Positions 1 to 8,056 of a stretch of DNA of 46,893 bases are shown here, one piece after another. The position numbers and the translations under genes were made by a program. How positions within the stretch are numbered: position 1 is the first letter of the stretch; each line of letters opens with the position of its first letter. Origin of the DNA: Phycisphaerae bacterium. Its GTDB lineage: Bacteria > Planctomycetota > Phycisphaerae > Sedimentisphaerales > Anaerobacaceae. The notes below the pieces were generated by a model that did not search any database, was not told where the DNA came from, and saw only the letters and a program-made list of their open reading frames with translations. The stretch spans positions 1-46,893 of the forward strand of contig JAQTLP010000012.1 of the NCBI GenBank assembly GCA_028714855.1. Direction: 5' to 3'.

Positions 1-127
1 ATTATAAATACCTTCATAATTGTCTTTAACAATTTTATATGCCCTGATTTTGGCGGGCTGGTCGAGAAGTAAGTATAACGGAGTTGTAAGATATTTATTC
101 ACGCCTTTGGCATAGCGAAGGTCGGCA
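1..127. repeat. Terminal direct repeat; bases 1..127 are identical to 46767..46893 (contig self-overlap, i.e. circular or permuted genome)
   Basis: Exact 127-nt identity read by eye. The overlap ends inside the 15-bp tandem array and inside an ORF. Confidence 0.9.
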
Positions 128-495
128 TAGCGAAGGTCGGCATAGCTAAGGTTGGCATAGCGAAGGTTGGCATAGCTAAGGTCGGCATAGCGAAGGTTGG
201 CAGAGCGAAGGTCGGCATAGCGAAGGTCGGCAGAGCGAAGGTCGGCATAGCTAAGGTTGGCAGAGCGAAGGTCGGCAGAGCGAAGGTTGGCAGAGCGAAG
301 GTCGGCAGAGCGAAGGTCGGCAGAGCGAAGGTCGGCAGAGCGAAGGTCGGCAGAGCGAAGGTCGGCAGAGCTAAGGTCGGCCTTCGCTCTTATTGCCGCT
401 TCAATTGCCAAGCGCCAATTTTCCGTTTTGATAGAAAACAAAATACTGTCGGTTAGTTTGTGTTTAATTTCAAATTTCATTGTTAATTTGCTCAT
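1..495 (-). CDS. Pentapeptide-repeat protein, N-terminal part. Start ATG at 495, RBS AAGGAG. The ORF runs off the window start and continues in frame at 46893..46479 (one gene across the circular junction).
   Basis: Minus-strand translation gives MSKLTMKFEIKHKLTDSILFSIKTENWRLAIEAAIRAKADLSSADLRSADLRS...ANLRYADLRYAKGV. The A(D/N)LXX units are in frame with ORF 46479..46868. Confidence 0.75.
   Translation of the reverse strand, partial: MSKLTMKFEIKHKLTDSILFSIKTENWRLAIEAAIRAKADLSSADLRSADLRSADLRSADLRSADLRSANLRSADLRSANLSYADLRSADLRYADLRSANLRYADLSYANLRYANLSYADLRYADLRYAKGVNKYLTTPLYLLLDQPAKIRAYKIVKDNYEGIYN
109..378. repeat. 18 tandem copies of a 15-bp unit (GGCATAGCGAAGGTC and variants GGCAGAGCGAAGGTC / GGCATAGCTAAGGTT); each encodes one pentapeptide A(D/N)L(R/S)(Y/S) on the minus strand
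   Basis: Units counted one by one. Units 13-17 are identical. Variation is confined to 3 positions per unit. Confidence 0.95.
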
Positions 496-496
496 T

Positions 497-724
497 TTAT
501 CTCTCCTTCGGTATCGAGTTTATTATTTCGCGCTCCCTTTTCCTGCCTTCTATCGGCACAAATCCGGCATGGGGTTTCTTGTTTGTAAGCCACACCCAAC
601 CTGTAACTCGACAATAACAATATCTGCACAATGCACCAACATACCAGCGAGTGTTATATTTACATAGCCCCTTTTTCCCGCAAAAAGGGCATTTGCCAAA
701 TTTTCTACCTTTGTTTCGATTCAT
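497..724 (-). CDS. Small Cys-rich (CPFC...CRYCYC) zinc-finger-like protein; its stop overlaps the downstream start (TAAAATG)
   Basis: ORF with CxxC pairs; operon context on the minus strand. Confidence 0.45.
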   Translation of the reverse strand: MNRNKGRKFGKCPFCGKKGLCKYNTRWYVGALCRYCYCRVTGWVWLTNKKPHAGFVPIEGRKREREIINSIPKER

Positions 725-745
725 CTTTTTCCTTCTTTTATCCTT

Positions 746-1327
746 TTATGGGTATTTTAATGCTTGTTTGGCTAATTTGATAAGCGGCAGACGTTTTTTA
801 AACGTATCAGCTGCCGTCCAAGCTGCATATCTCTCTACATCAAATAAATTAGCCGAACAAGCTGCATAAGCCGCATCATTGGCACAAAAAGCCGTACAAT
901 TCATATCAATTGCCGCACGGGCCGCATCAATCGTTCTATCCCTACCATTCAACCAGTTATTAGCCCATTTGTTCCATTTTCTGTTTTTATAGATTTCCTT
1001 AGTAACCAAAATACCAAACGCAATCTTTTGATTCTTTGTTAATTCGGGTAGTGGAATTTCCTGAACCAATCGCATTTTAGTAAAACCAAATTTTAGTCCC
1101 CTATCGGATTTTTTCTCGCCTCCAACCTTTATTTTGAATAATCGGGGGTTTTTTATACCACCGTGGACTGGATTTAAGAATACGGCCAACAATGGAGAAT
1201 TATAGCAATGTAGCCAGTGTTCAGTACACAACTCGCCTTTACCATCGGCTTGTTCCCATTTGCCGATAGTCCATTGAAAACCTCGGTATGTTCCCAAATT
1301 CTGGTCTGTCAGTTTATAATATGGCAT
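746..1327 (-). CDS. Hypothetical protein (193 aa from ATG 1327, RBS GAGGG; longer ORF reaches 1444)
   Basis: ORF; internal Met with SD preferred as start; no recognisable motif. Confidence 0.5.
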   Translation of the reverse strand: MPYYKLTDQNLGTYRGFQWTIGKWEQADGKGELCTEHWLHCYNSPLLAVFLNPVHGGIKNPRLFKIKVGGEKKSDRGLKFGFTKMRLVQEIPLPELTKNQKIAFGILVTKEIYKNRKWNKWANNWLNGRDRTIDAARAAIDMNCTAFCANDAAYAACSANLFDVERYAAWTAADTFKKRLPLIKLAKQALKYP

Positions 1328-1588
1328 TTCAATTCCCTCGGTAAAAAATGCCTGCCGCAGTCGTAAGCTGCGCCGTGCGAGCGGTCGGAGTGATGGACGT
1401 ACGGCAGGCCAACAAGGCTGGTTTGGTTTCAAATTGTCTCGCACGGCTTTTCATAATGTTAGGATTATCGGCGTTCTTCTTAAATCTGTCAAGTGTATTT
1501 TCTTGTTTTTTATGTACTTAACGTCTTAAATATTCATAAGTATTTGCAAAATAACGCAGTTACAATGAGAAAAAATATTTCAAAATAG

Positions 1589-1945
1589 TCAGGAATTTTC
1601 TTGGTTATCTTTTGTGTCGAAAAGAGTTTCCGCTTTTGTAATGGCTGCGCGCATTTCGGATATAGCTATAGCGGAAACAGTTTTGGCGTATTCATCATCA
1701 TCTACACCGCAAATAAACATCGCCTCATCGTGCAATGCCAATAACTTTTTGCACGCTTCCAGCAAATCCGGAGCGGCGGCTATCAATTGGGCGTCAGCTT
1801 CATCGAGTATATAACCTTTTCCTATATCATTTCTGCCGACCACAATGCGGTATCCGCCTTCACTGGGCTTGTCTGATAATTTGGCCAAAATCCCAAGTTG
1901 AGAACCATTTTTGCGTACTTCCCATTTTTCTTTTGTGCGTTTCAT
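1589..1945 (-). CDS. Hypothetical protein, 118 aa
   Basis: ORF with AAGGAG RBS upstream of the ATG at 1945. Confidence 0.55.
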   Translation of the reverse strand: MKRTKEKWEVRKNGSQLGILAKLSDKPSEGGYRIVVGRNDIGKGYILDEADAQLIAAAPDLLEACKKLLALHDEAMFICGVDDDEYAKTVSAIAISEMRAAITKAETLFDTKDNQENS

Positions 1946-1957
1946 TTTTTTCTCCTT

Positions 1958-2197
1958 TTAACATAATTGTTTTGGCTTGACGAAAACATATCTTTTTTGA
2001 TGATAACAACTTAAAAATCGCCCCGCTTTTTGTGTCCAAGGAGGGTATTGGTCAACGGACACTTTCTTTCGCCATATTAACCTGGCTGTTTTTAAGCACC
2101 AACACTCTTTGATGCCGTAAGGATTGTTGCTGTTATAGAAATTATCTTCACAGCCGCTACAGTATTTTAGTTTTTCATAATTTTTCATAATACGCAA
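1958..2197 (-). CDS. Small Cys-rich protein, 79 aa
   Basis: ORF with CSGC / CWC motifs; tightly packed with its neighbours. Confidence 0.4.
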   Translation of the reverse strand: MRIMKNYEKLKYCSGCEDNFYNSNNPYGIKECWCLKTARLIWRKKVSVDQYPPWTQKAGRFLSCYHQKRYVFVKPKQLC

Positions 2198-2338
2198 CTC
2201 CCCTTTTTTTTCTAATATCTTTTTCTATTTTCATTTTTTTCTCCTTTTCTAAAAGATATTTAAACTGTTTTGGGTTTTATTTTTACCAAACTAAACTCGC
2301 CGAGCAATCTCGCAAGTTTTGACCGGCAACGCGCTCTA

Positions 2339-2566
2339 TTACAAACAGGTTGATTTTCTTGGCGTTCTGCGCGGGCTTGTGATGGAGTGTTTGCGTACTG
2401 TGCCAACATTCTTTTCCCAAAAATCTGTATATAGTTTAAGGATAAGTTCGTCGGCTGCTTTAGTTGCGATGATACCGATGTTTTTGTTATAGACCACAGC
2501 ATCCTCGATTGTGTATAAGTCTTTATCGGTCAAAATACCCTCGAATAATTGTTTTTCACGTTTCAT
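2339..2566 (-). CDS. Hypothetical protein, 75 aa
   Basis: ORF with AAGGAG RBS. Confidence 0.5.
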   Translation of the reverse strand: MKREKQLFEGILTDKDLYTIEDAVVYNKNIGIIATKAADELILKLYTDFWEKNVGTVRKHSITSPRRTPRKSTCL

Positions 2567-2581
2567 TTTTTTCTCCTTAGA

Positions 2582-3148
2582 TTATTGCTTTTGGGTTATT
2601 TCATATAAATTGTGGGGGTTTTCTTTACTGAAACAAGCATCTAAGCTTTGGCTTGCGAAAACGCTAATTCTTTTTCTGGAACATCCTTTTTTTCTGCCTT
2701 CTTTTATACGCCGTTTTTCTGCGATGAATTTGTATTTTTTGGGCTTTATAATTCTATCTATTTTAGCCCATTTTTTTCGGTACTCTAAGCGTTGTTCTTT
2801 TAATTTTGGGTATTCCGCAAGCTTAGTTTTTCTCCGCAGATTTGCTAATTTGTTGTAGCATTCTTTGCAATTTTTACGCATATTACCAACTGGGTTATGA
2901 GAAAATTCTTCTATGGGTTTTACAATATGACAGATATTACAAATTCTACTTGTCGTTGGTAACGGTTTTGGTTTTGCACGTTTTCTTTTCCACGCTTTCT
3001 GGTAAAAATTAGTTATCTTTCTTTGGCAGTCTTTGCAAATTTTATGAATAAGGCCACCGTTGTGTTGGTAATAAAAATCCGAAAAAGGTTTTTTCTTTTG
3101 GCAATGCCCACAAACCCTTACAACCAACAGTCGTCCTTTTTCTTTCAC
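2582..3148 (-). CDS. Tandem zinc-ribbon protein (two CxxC-x12-F-x-HN-x-G-x-CxxC modules) with a very basic K/R-rich C-terminal half; probable nucleic-acid binder. GTG start.
   Basis: CGHCQKKKPFSDFYYQHNGGLIHKICKDCQRK and CNICHIVKPIEEFSHNPVGNMRKNCKECYNK read in the translation. Confidence 0.5.
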   Translation of the reverse strand: MKEKGRLLVVRVCGHCQKKKPFSDFYYQHNGGLIHKICKDCQRKITNFYQKAWKRKRAKPKPLPTTSRICNICHIVKPIEEFSHNPVGNMRKNCKECYNKLANLRRKTKLAEYPKLKEQRLEYRKKWAKIDRIIKPKKYKFIAEKRRIKEGRKKGCSRKRISVFASQSLDACFSKENPHNLYEITQKQ

Positions 3149-3291
3149 ACTATCTTTTAAAACAGGTGAAAATAGATTAGGAAAACCATTTTTGATGGCT
3201 ACTTTGATTGTTTCTATTTCTTTATTGTCCGTAGCAATTTCTCCTTTTTTTCATAAAATCCCAGGCAGGCAGTTGCCCGCCATAATTAACC

Positions 3292-3318
3292 GGTCGCCAG
3301 TTAGTATTAACTGGCGGC
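3292..3318. other. Perfect 8-bp hairpin GCCAGTTA-gtat-TAACTGGC in a non-coding patch
   Basis: Inverted repeat read directly. Confidence 0.6.
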
Positions 3319-3332
3319 CTATTGTGCCGTAT

Positions 3333-3352
3333 GGTATGGGAGTCGAACCCAT
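3333..3352 (-). other. tRNA T-arm-like element (minus strand ATGGG-TTCGACT-CCCAT followed by ACCATAC-G); no matching 5' acceptor strand, so not a complete tRNA. Possible tRNA 3' fragment / att-like site.
   Basis: GGGTTCGACTCCC matches the GGTTCGAnTCC T-loop consensus with a 5-bp flanking stem. The complementary GTATGGT was searched for and is absent upstream. Confidence 0.35.
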
Positions 3353-3501
3353 AATCCTCGTCCGCCGCAGCTCGCCACAACCGCTTCCGCAGCTCTTATA
3401 AATGGACGCTGTGCATTCCTTCTTTACACCAAACCATATCCGCCGTTTAGGCGATTTCGTTATCATATAAAAGATTTCAATGATAAGTTTTATTATTACT
3501 T

Positions 3502-3529
3502 CCAGCCCCTGCCAACGCGGCAAGGGGCT
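3502..3529. other. Strong GC-rich hairpin (11 bp with one bulge: CAGCCCCTGCC-aacgc-GGCAAGGGGCTG) just 3' of the small membrane-protein gene on the minus strand
   Basis: Inverted repeat read directly; no U-run follows on either strand. Confidence 0.55.
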
Positions 3530-3539
3530 GAATAGGCGG

Positions 3540-3722
3540 TTAATGTTTGTTGTACAACCCGAAAAATATAGCTGTTAATAATACAAAAAGAAACACAACG
3601 AAGGCGGCAGTCGGCATTTCTGCTTTATTACCCCTAATATAATCAGCCACATATCCTGCCATAAAAAACAAGGTGAACAAAAGGAAGAATACAAAAAAAC
3701 CTGCCGTTATAGCTTCTCTCAT
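3540..3722 (-). CDS. Small membrane protein (60 aa, two hydrophobic helices)
   Basis: ORF; RBS AAAGGAA; hydrophobic sequence FFVFFLLFTLFF...FVVFLFVLLTAIFF. Confidence 0.5.
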   Translation of the reverse strand: MREAITAGFFVFFLLFTLFFMAGYVADYIRGNKAEMPTAAFVVFLFVLLTAIFFGLYNKH

Positions 3723-3767
3723 AATTTATTCCTTTCTTCCCCGCTAACGCAGGGATGGGTTCAAGAA

Positions 3768-3935
3768 TTACCAATCCATTTCGTCCAGTGCATCTTCCGT
3801 AGCCATATCTTTTAATACTTCATCAGTGGCCGGTTCGTTTCCTTCGTGCTTAACTGGGCGGCTGTCATTTAAACAACCAATTATTTGATACTGTTCGTTA
3901 ATAGTTTGATGTGCTTTTGTTTCTTTCTTTGCCAT
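3768..3935 (-). CDS. Small acidic protein, 55 aa (MAKKETKAHQTINEQYQIIGCLNDSRPVKHEGNEPATDEVLKDMATEDALDEMDW); absent from the ORF track because it is under 60 aa
   Basis: Hand-translated; RBS AAAGGGAAA 6 nt upstream of the ATG. Confidence 0.4.
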   Translation of the reverse strand: MAKKETKAHQTINEQYQIIGCLNDSRPVKHEGNEPATDEVLKDMATEDALDEMDW

Positions 3936-3958
3936 TTTAATTTCCCTTTCGCAGATTT

Positions 3959-4156
3959 TTAACTTGTTAATGGGTCTGGCTTAAAATCGTAAAACGCCCA
4001 AGGCGTTTTAAGACTAATTTCCACGTTTCGCTCAAAAATTGATTCTATTGTACCTTTTTCGTAATAACCGTGATGCTCTAAATAATCAACTGCTTGTTCA
4101 GGAGTAATTTCAAAAGGAATTTCACCTTCGTGGTTAAATGTTTTTGTGATTCTCAT
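3959..4156 (-). CDS. Hypothetical protein, 65 aa
   Basis: ORF; weak SD AAAGGCGG. Confidence 0.4.
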   Translation of the reverse strand: MRITKTFNHEGEIPFEITPEQAVDYLEHHGYYEKGTIESIFERNVEISLKTPWAFYDFKPDPLTS

Positions 4157-4289
4157 AGTTTGGCCGCCTTTCTACTTAGCCGCTATTAACTTTAAATATG
4201 TTTTACGTTTTAAATCCTTGTAGCCGACTCGAACGGCCACGCAGGCCGTGCCCTGCAAGGATAATAGCGGTCAAGCTATTTGAAGGTTG

Positions 4290-4679
4290 TTAGTTTTTTC
4301 TTAACAGTTTTCTGCCTCTTGTGCAAACCGGTAAACATTCACATTTATTGCAATTTGGTTTATCGCAGTTCCCGTATGTTTTTGACTCAAAATAAAAACC
4401 GCTTAATCGTATCGGAGCAAGTCTTTTGTCATTAAGTCTCCGAACGATAATCGTATGTATTCCGATACTATACGGCGAAACATTATCATTCAAAGGATAA
4501 GCCAAAACCTGCCATAATTCTTTTTTGCCGTGATAGTATTGGTTTTCTCTGTATCTGTTTGTATTCATAACAAGGTAGCCGATTGAACCAACAGGGGGAA
4601 GTTTTGAATGGTGTAAATTTGTTATTTGTGTTAGCATTGTTTGACCGCTACTTTCCGCCTGACCGCTATTAACTTTCAA
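4290..4679 (-). CDS. Hypothetical protein with a Cys-rich C-terminus (CDKPNCNKCECLPVC); probably the first gene of the leftward operon (alternative ATG at 4637)
   Basis: ORF; position adjacent to the divergent control region. Confidence 0.4.
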   Translation of the reverse strand: MKVNSGQAESSGQTMLTQITNLHHSKLPPVGSIGYLVMNTNRYRENQYYHGKKELWQVLAYPLNDNVSPYSIGIHTIIVRRLNDKRLAPIRLSGFYFESKTYGNCDKPNCNKCECLPVCTRGRKLLRKN

Positions 4680-5171
4680 AAGAGCATTTACTCTTTATGT
4701 ATAATATCGGTTATTCCGCGTGAAAAGTCAAGTACAAAGTCTAATAAAATAAAATAATTATTATTGCTAAGTGCTTGATAATAAAGGATTTAAAAAGGGG
4801 GTAAAAAATAGTTAGGTGGGGACATCATAATAAATAGATTGCAATTCAACTTTCCGGTTTTATCGGGAAATATCAAATTGTTTGATTTGTTATTTCGGGC
4901 TACGTTTACCCCTACCCAGCAAAGATAATCGCTCATATCGCATCGTGGAGCGTTTTTCTTAGATGTTAAGTGCTTGTAAATAAACGACTTAGGGGGTATG
5001 GTCTTTTTTGGGCTAAAAATGAGGGCAGGAAGAACGTAATATGCGGTTTTTAAGGAAGCAATAAAGGCATTATAATTGGCATCTTTAGACCCAAAAAACA
5101 TATCAAAGGATATGTCAAAACAGCCATATTACTCCTTGAATATAAATACCTGTGAATTAAGCAGTTACGTA

Positions 5172-5287
5172 AAATATAGCAAGATAGTGTTATTTTTTGT
5201 AATAACAGGGTTATTTTATGACTATTTTATGTTATTTTGGCTGTTTTCAAGCTAAAAACGCCATAAACAAATATTAGCAAGATAGTG
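5172..5287. promoter_or_regulatory. Two copies of an 18-20 nt box AAATAT(T)AGCAAGATAGTG (5172..5189 and 5267..5287) flanking and overlapping the promoter at 5291
   Basis: Direct repeat read by eye, ~95 bp apart. Confidence 0.5.
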
Positions 5288-5290
5288 CTA

Positions 5291-5318
5291 TTGACAAAAA
5301 AAGCCAAATTGATATAAT
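5291..5318 (+). promoter_or_regulatory. Near-consensus sigma70 promoter: TTGACA(5291-5296), 16 bp, TGaTATAAT (extended -10, 5313-5318), pointing at the late/structural operon
   Basis: Perfect -35 and -10 hexamers with a TG extension. Confidence 0.6.
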
Positions 5319-5475
5319 CTTCTTCAGCTTCTTCTTCCTGAAGGAACGTTATTCTTAACCCATAGACAAGGTTAGAGTTGTCGAAGGGTAAGGAGAAGTA
5401 GGAGTAGTTCTTCGGTAGAAGTAAGGTAAAGTAAAAATGGTGCAAAAAACAAGCAGAAAGACGCCAAAAATTAAA

Positions 5476-5540
5476 GACGTCAACAACTTGTCAACAAGTC
5501 AACCAAATGTCAACACCTGTTATCAATGTCAACCATAAAG
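5476..5540. repeat. Iteron-like array: six direct copies of GTCAAC(A/C) within ~65 bp, plus one inverted GTTGAC at 5585
   Basis: gtcaacaa / gtcaacaa / gtcaacca / gtcaacac / gtcaacca counted in the sequence. Confidence 0.6.
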
Positions 5541-5585
5541 ATAAAGAAGAAGAAAAGAAAAGTATAAAAGAAAAAGATACAAATG

Positions 5586-5613
5586 TTGACAATCCCATTG
5601 AAGGTAATATACT
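5586..5613 (+). promoter_or_regulatory. Second sigma70-like promoter: TTGACA(5586-5591), 16 bp, TATACT(5608-5613)
   Basis: Perfect -35; 5/6 match at -10. Confidence 0.45.
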
Positions 5614-5947
5614 AAAAACCATACCAAAGGCAAAATTATCAAATAAAGAATTCGAGCAACGAAGGCAGAGGAACATTGAAGTATTGAAAGTAAAGTAGTT
5701 TTCTAAAGAAGGACTTTTGCCGCGAATTAGTTAGGGCCTTCATAACTATTTTAGCGAATAGAGGTTAATACGGACAAGAAAGTCTCCAATTTTACAGTTG
5801 GGGACTTTTTTGCTTTACAATTATAAGCATTTCTAAATATTCTATAAGTAAATCTAATTTTTCTCTTGACACGCCGAATATTAGAGTTACACTTAACGTA
5901 AATGATGCCGAAAAGCAACAAAAGGTTGTTTAACAAACAAAAAACAA

Positions 5948-6223
5948 ATGTTTCAAAAAGGAAAATCAGGTAATATACACGGTCGTCCAAAAGGCAGCAG
6001 AGATTTTGGCACTGAGCTTGTAGCAGCTATTAAACGTGCCGAAAAACGCGATAAAGAGTCTTTGCTTGATTATGCCGTTCGGCGCGCGCGAGCGAGTGAT
6101 AAGGTGCTGTGCTCGTTATTGAGCAAGGTCGTTCCTGATTTGTCTATTAACGATATTCCTGCTTTGCGAGAATTTCTTGTAAACATAAGCGTTACAAAGA
6201 CTTATAAACAGAATGATAGTTGA
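5948..6223 (+). CDS. Putative terminase small subunit, 91 aa (basic, with GNIHGRPKGS motif), overlapping the large terminase start
   Basis: GRPKG-type motif common in small terminases / DNA-binding phage proteins; sits immediately upstream of terminase large; no clear SD. Confidence 0.45.
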   Translation: MFQKGKSGNIHGRPKGSRDFGTELVAAIKRAEKRDKESLLDYAVRRARASDKVLCSLLSKVVPDLSINDIPALREFLVNISVTKTYKQNDS

Positions 6224-7655
6224 TTTTAATCCAGTTTTGAGTATAAAGCAGACAGAGGCATTTGACGCCCTTGAGGACTTAGCGATTGATGAGGTGCTTT
6301 TTGGCGGTGCAAAATACGGAGGGAAAAGCTGGTTTTTGTGTGTTTGGGTTTTTTTAACTGCGTGCAGGTTTATCAGGGAACACAATATCCCACAGAGCGA
6401 CCACCCGCTCCCGATTGGCTTTATAGGTCGTAAAATTGCCAAGCATTTCAAAGACACGACATTAGAGACGTGGTTCAAGACTATTCCAGTTGACGGATAT
6501 GTTGTCAAAGACGACCCTGCTTCAATTATAATCGATAATCGGGTTAAGGTTGATACGGGTGGGTTCGATAATCGTGAAACGATTAAGAAGTTTAATTCTG
6601 CCGAATACGCTTTTTATGCGATTGACCAAGCAGAGGAAACGACTGAGGATGATTTAAGTTTATTAAGAGCGGCCACATTTGGCCGGTTGGTGGTAAATGG
6701 CAAGCCAATAGCCGGTAAAGCGTTATACACAGCCAATCCGGCTCAATGCTGGCTAAAAAAAGAATTCATTGATTCGGTTAAGCCAAATAAGCGGTTCATT
6801 TCTGCTCTGCCGAGCGATAATCCGTATTGTACGCAAAGGTATATTGACAATCTTAAAGATAGCTTTAAACATCGTCCGGAGCTATTACAGGCGTACTTAT
6901 ACGGTAACTGGTCTGCCATTGAGGGCGTTAATCAGGTAATCAAGAGTAATTGGGTGTCCGGCGCCGCTGTTCGGTTATGGCACAAGCCGAACATCGTCAA
7001 AAAGGTTATTGCGTGCGACCCTGCGAGATTTGGTGATGATGAGACTGTTATATATTATCTCGAAGATGGTGTTATCGTTGACGAATTGATTTACGGTATG
7101 AAGGACACCATACATACAGCCAATCAAATAGCGTGGCTAATGGACGCTAAGGGGTGCAAGACTGCCATTATTGACGTTATTGGTATTGGTGCTGGTATCG
7201 TGGACTGGCTGAATGAAAGAAACAACACGCCCGACAATGAACATCGGGAAGGCAAAGGTTGGACTATCATCGGGTTTAACAGTGCAGAAAAAGCCGTTGA
7301 CGAGAACAGGTTTTACAATAAGCGTGCTGAGGCGTGGGATTATGCGGCCAAACAATTTAGCGATGGTAAAGTCATATTACGGTCTGATGGTAAAAAAGAT
7401 ATTGTGTTAGAGAACCAATTATGCCTGCCTTGCTATGAGTTTAGAAATGGCCGTATGCTTATCGAGAACAAGGATGACATTAAAAAGCGTTTAAGTTCGA
7501 GTCCCGACAGGGCTGATGCTTACATAATGGGTATTTGGGCAAATGGTATGTTTACTATAAACGATGGTATTTCAGTTAATCACAGAATTGATTTGACCCC
7601 TTCTGCCTATCACGGCAACCCGTTAACACGGGGAATGAGAATAGGAGCGGCGTAA
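6213..7655 (+). CDS. terL: Terminase large subunit (ATPase + nuclease), 480 aa
   Basis: Walker A GGAKYGGKS near the N-terminus; IDQAEE Walker B-like motif; C-terminal ACDPARFGDDETVIYY nuclease-domain signature typical of headful terminases. Confidence 0.85.
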   Translation: MIVDFNPVLSIKQTEAFDALEDLAIDEVLFGGAKYGGKSWFLCVWVFLTACRFIREHNIPQSDHPLPIGFIGRKIAKHFKDTTLETWFKTIPVDGYVVKDDPASIIIDNRVKVDTGGFDNRETIKKFNSAEYAFYAIDQAEETTEDDLSLLRAATFGRLVVNGKPIAGKALYTANPAQCWLKKEFIDSVKPNKRFISALPSDNPYCTQRYIDNLKDSFKHRPELLQAYLYGNWSAIEGVNQVIKSNWVSGAAVRLWHKPNIVKKVIACDPARFGDDETVIYYLEDGVIVDELIYGMKDTIHTANQIAWLMDAKGCKTAIIDVIGIGAGIVDWLNERNNTPDNEHREGKGWTIIGFNSAEKAVDENRFYNKRAEAWDYAAKQFSDGKVILRSDGKKDIVLENQLCLPCYEFRNGRMLIENKDDIKKRLSSSPDRADAYIMGIWANGMFTINDGISVNHRIDLTPSAYHGNPLTRGMRIGAA

Positions 7656-7656
7656 T

Positions 7657-8028
7657 ATGCCTCCGATAATTATAGGTGCTTTAGCTGGCGGAGCATTGTT
7701 CGGCACAACGGCCACTACTGCCGTAGGTGCTGCTTCGGGAACGATGTTGACTATGAGTGCTGCCGGTATGGGTGCTGGTGCGGGTGCGGGCTTTTTGTAT
7801 AACGAGATGGCCAAAAAGAGAAAAGAAGGCAGTAAAACTACTGCTCCTGAAGGAATGAAGTCAATCGAATCTTCGCCGATTGGTAACGCCAAAGTTACGG
7901 CAGGAAAATTAAGTGCGGGGACAACGGAAGATGAGCGAATGAGCAGGAGATTGTCCGGTTCTTTATTGACTAAGGGCTGGGCTTCGCCTACATTGGGAAC
8001 GCCTTCGCTGTTGGGCGGGGGTGGTTAA
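7657..8028 (+). CDS. Gly/Ala-rich glycine-zipper membrane protein, 123 aa (moron between terminase and portal)
   Basis: GALAGGALFG...AAGMGAGAGAGF repeated GxxxG; RBS GGAG. Confidence 0.55.
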   Translation: MPPIIIGALAGGALFGTTATTAVGAASGTMLTMSAAGMGAGAGAGFLYNEMAKKRKEGSKTTAPEGMKSIESSPIGNAKVTAGKLSAGTTEDERMSRRLSGSLLTKGWASPTLGTPSLLGGGG

Positions 8029-8056
8029 TGTTAACAAAAAATGAAAGGAACGAAAA

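Noticed and set aside
1-127. Physical direct terminal repeats of a linear T7-like chromosome
   Set aside because: The duplication boundary lies inside an ORF and inside a tandem array, which is the signature of a circular-assembly overlap rather than a biological DTR.
109-378. Possible CRISPR array
   Set aside because: The 15-bp units are contiguous with no spacers, and they code in frame for pentapeptides. This is not a repeat-spacer architecture.
257-667. ORF MAERRSAERRLAERR... on the + strand across the 15-bp array
   Set aside because: It is the antisense reading of the pentapeptide-repeat gene. It has no RBS and no sensible flanking domain, whereas the minus frame has RBS, start, leader, repeats and a C-terminal domain.
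3325-3410. Complete tRNA gene on the minus strand
   Set aside because: The T-arm and 3' acceptor strand are present. The required 5' acceptor complement (GTATGGT) and a plausible anticodon stem are absent within 100 nt, so this is at most a tRNA 3' fragment.
4790-5445. Minus-strand ORFs 4790..5101 and 5227..5445 in the AT-rich intergenic region
   Set aside because: They have no RBS, their composition is AT-rich and low complexity, and they overlap promoter elements and repeats.
5507-5698. 63-aa K/E-rich + strand ORF in the control region
   Set aside because: It has no RBS, and its start is buried in the GTCAAC iteron array. The region is better explained as regulatory DNA.
7623-7892. 89-aa minus-strand ORF overlapping the terminase end and the glycine-zipper gene
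   Set aside because: It is antisense to two well-supported + strand genes. Its Pro/Ala-rich translation is the mirror of the Gly/Ala codons.
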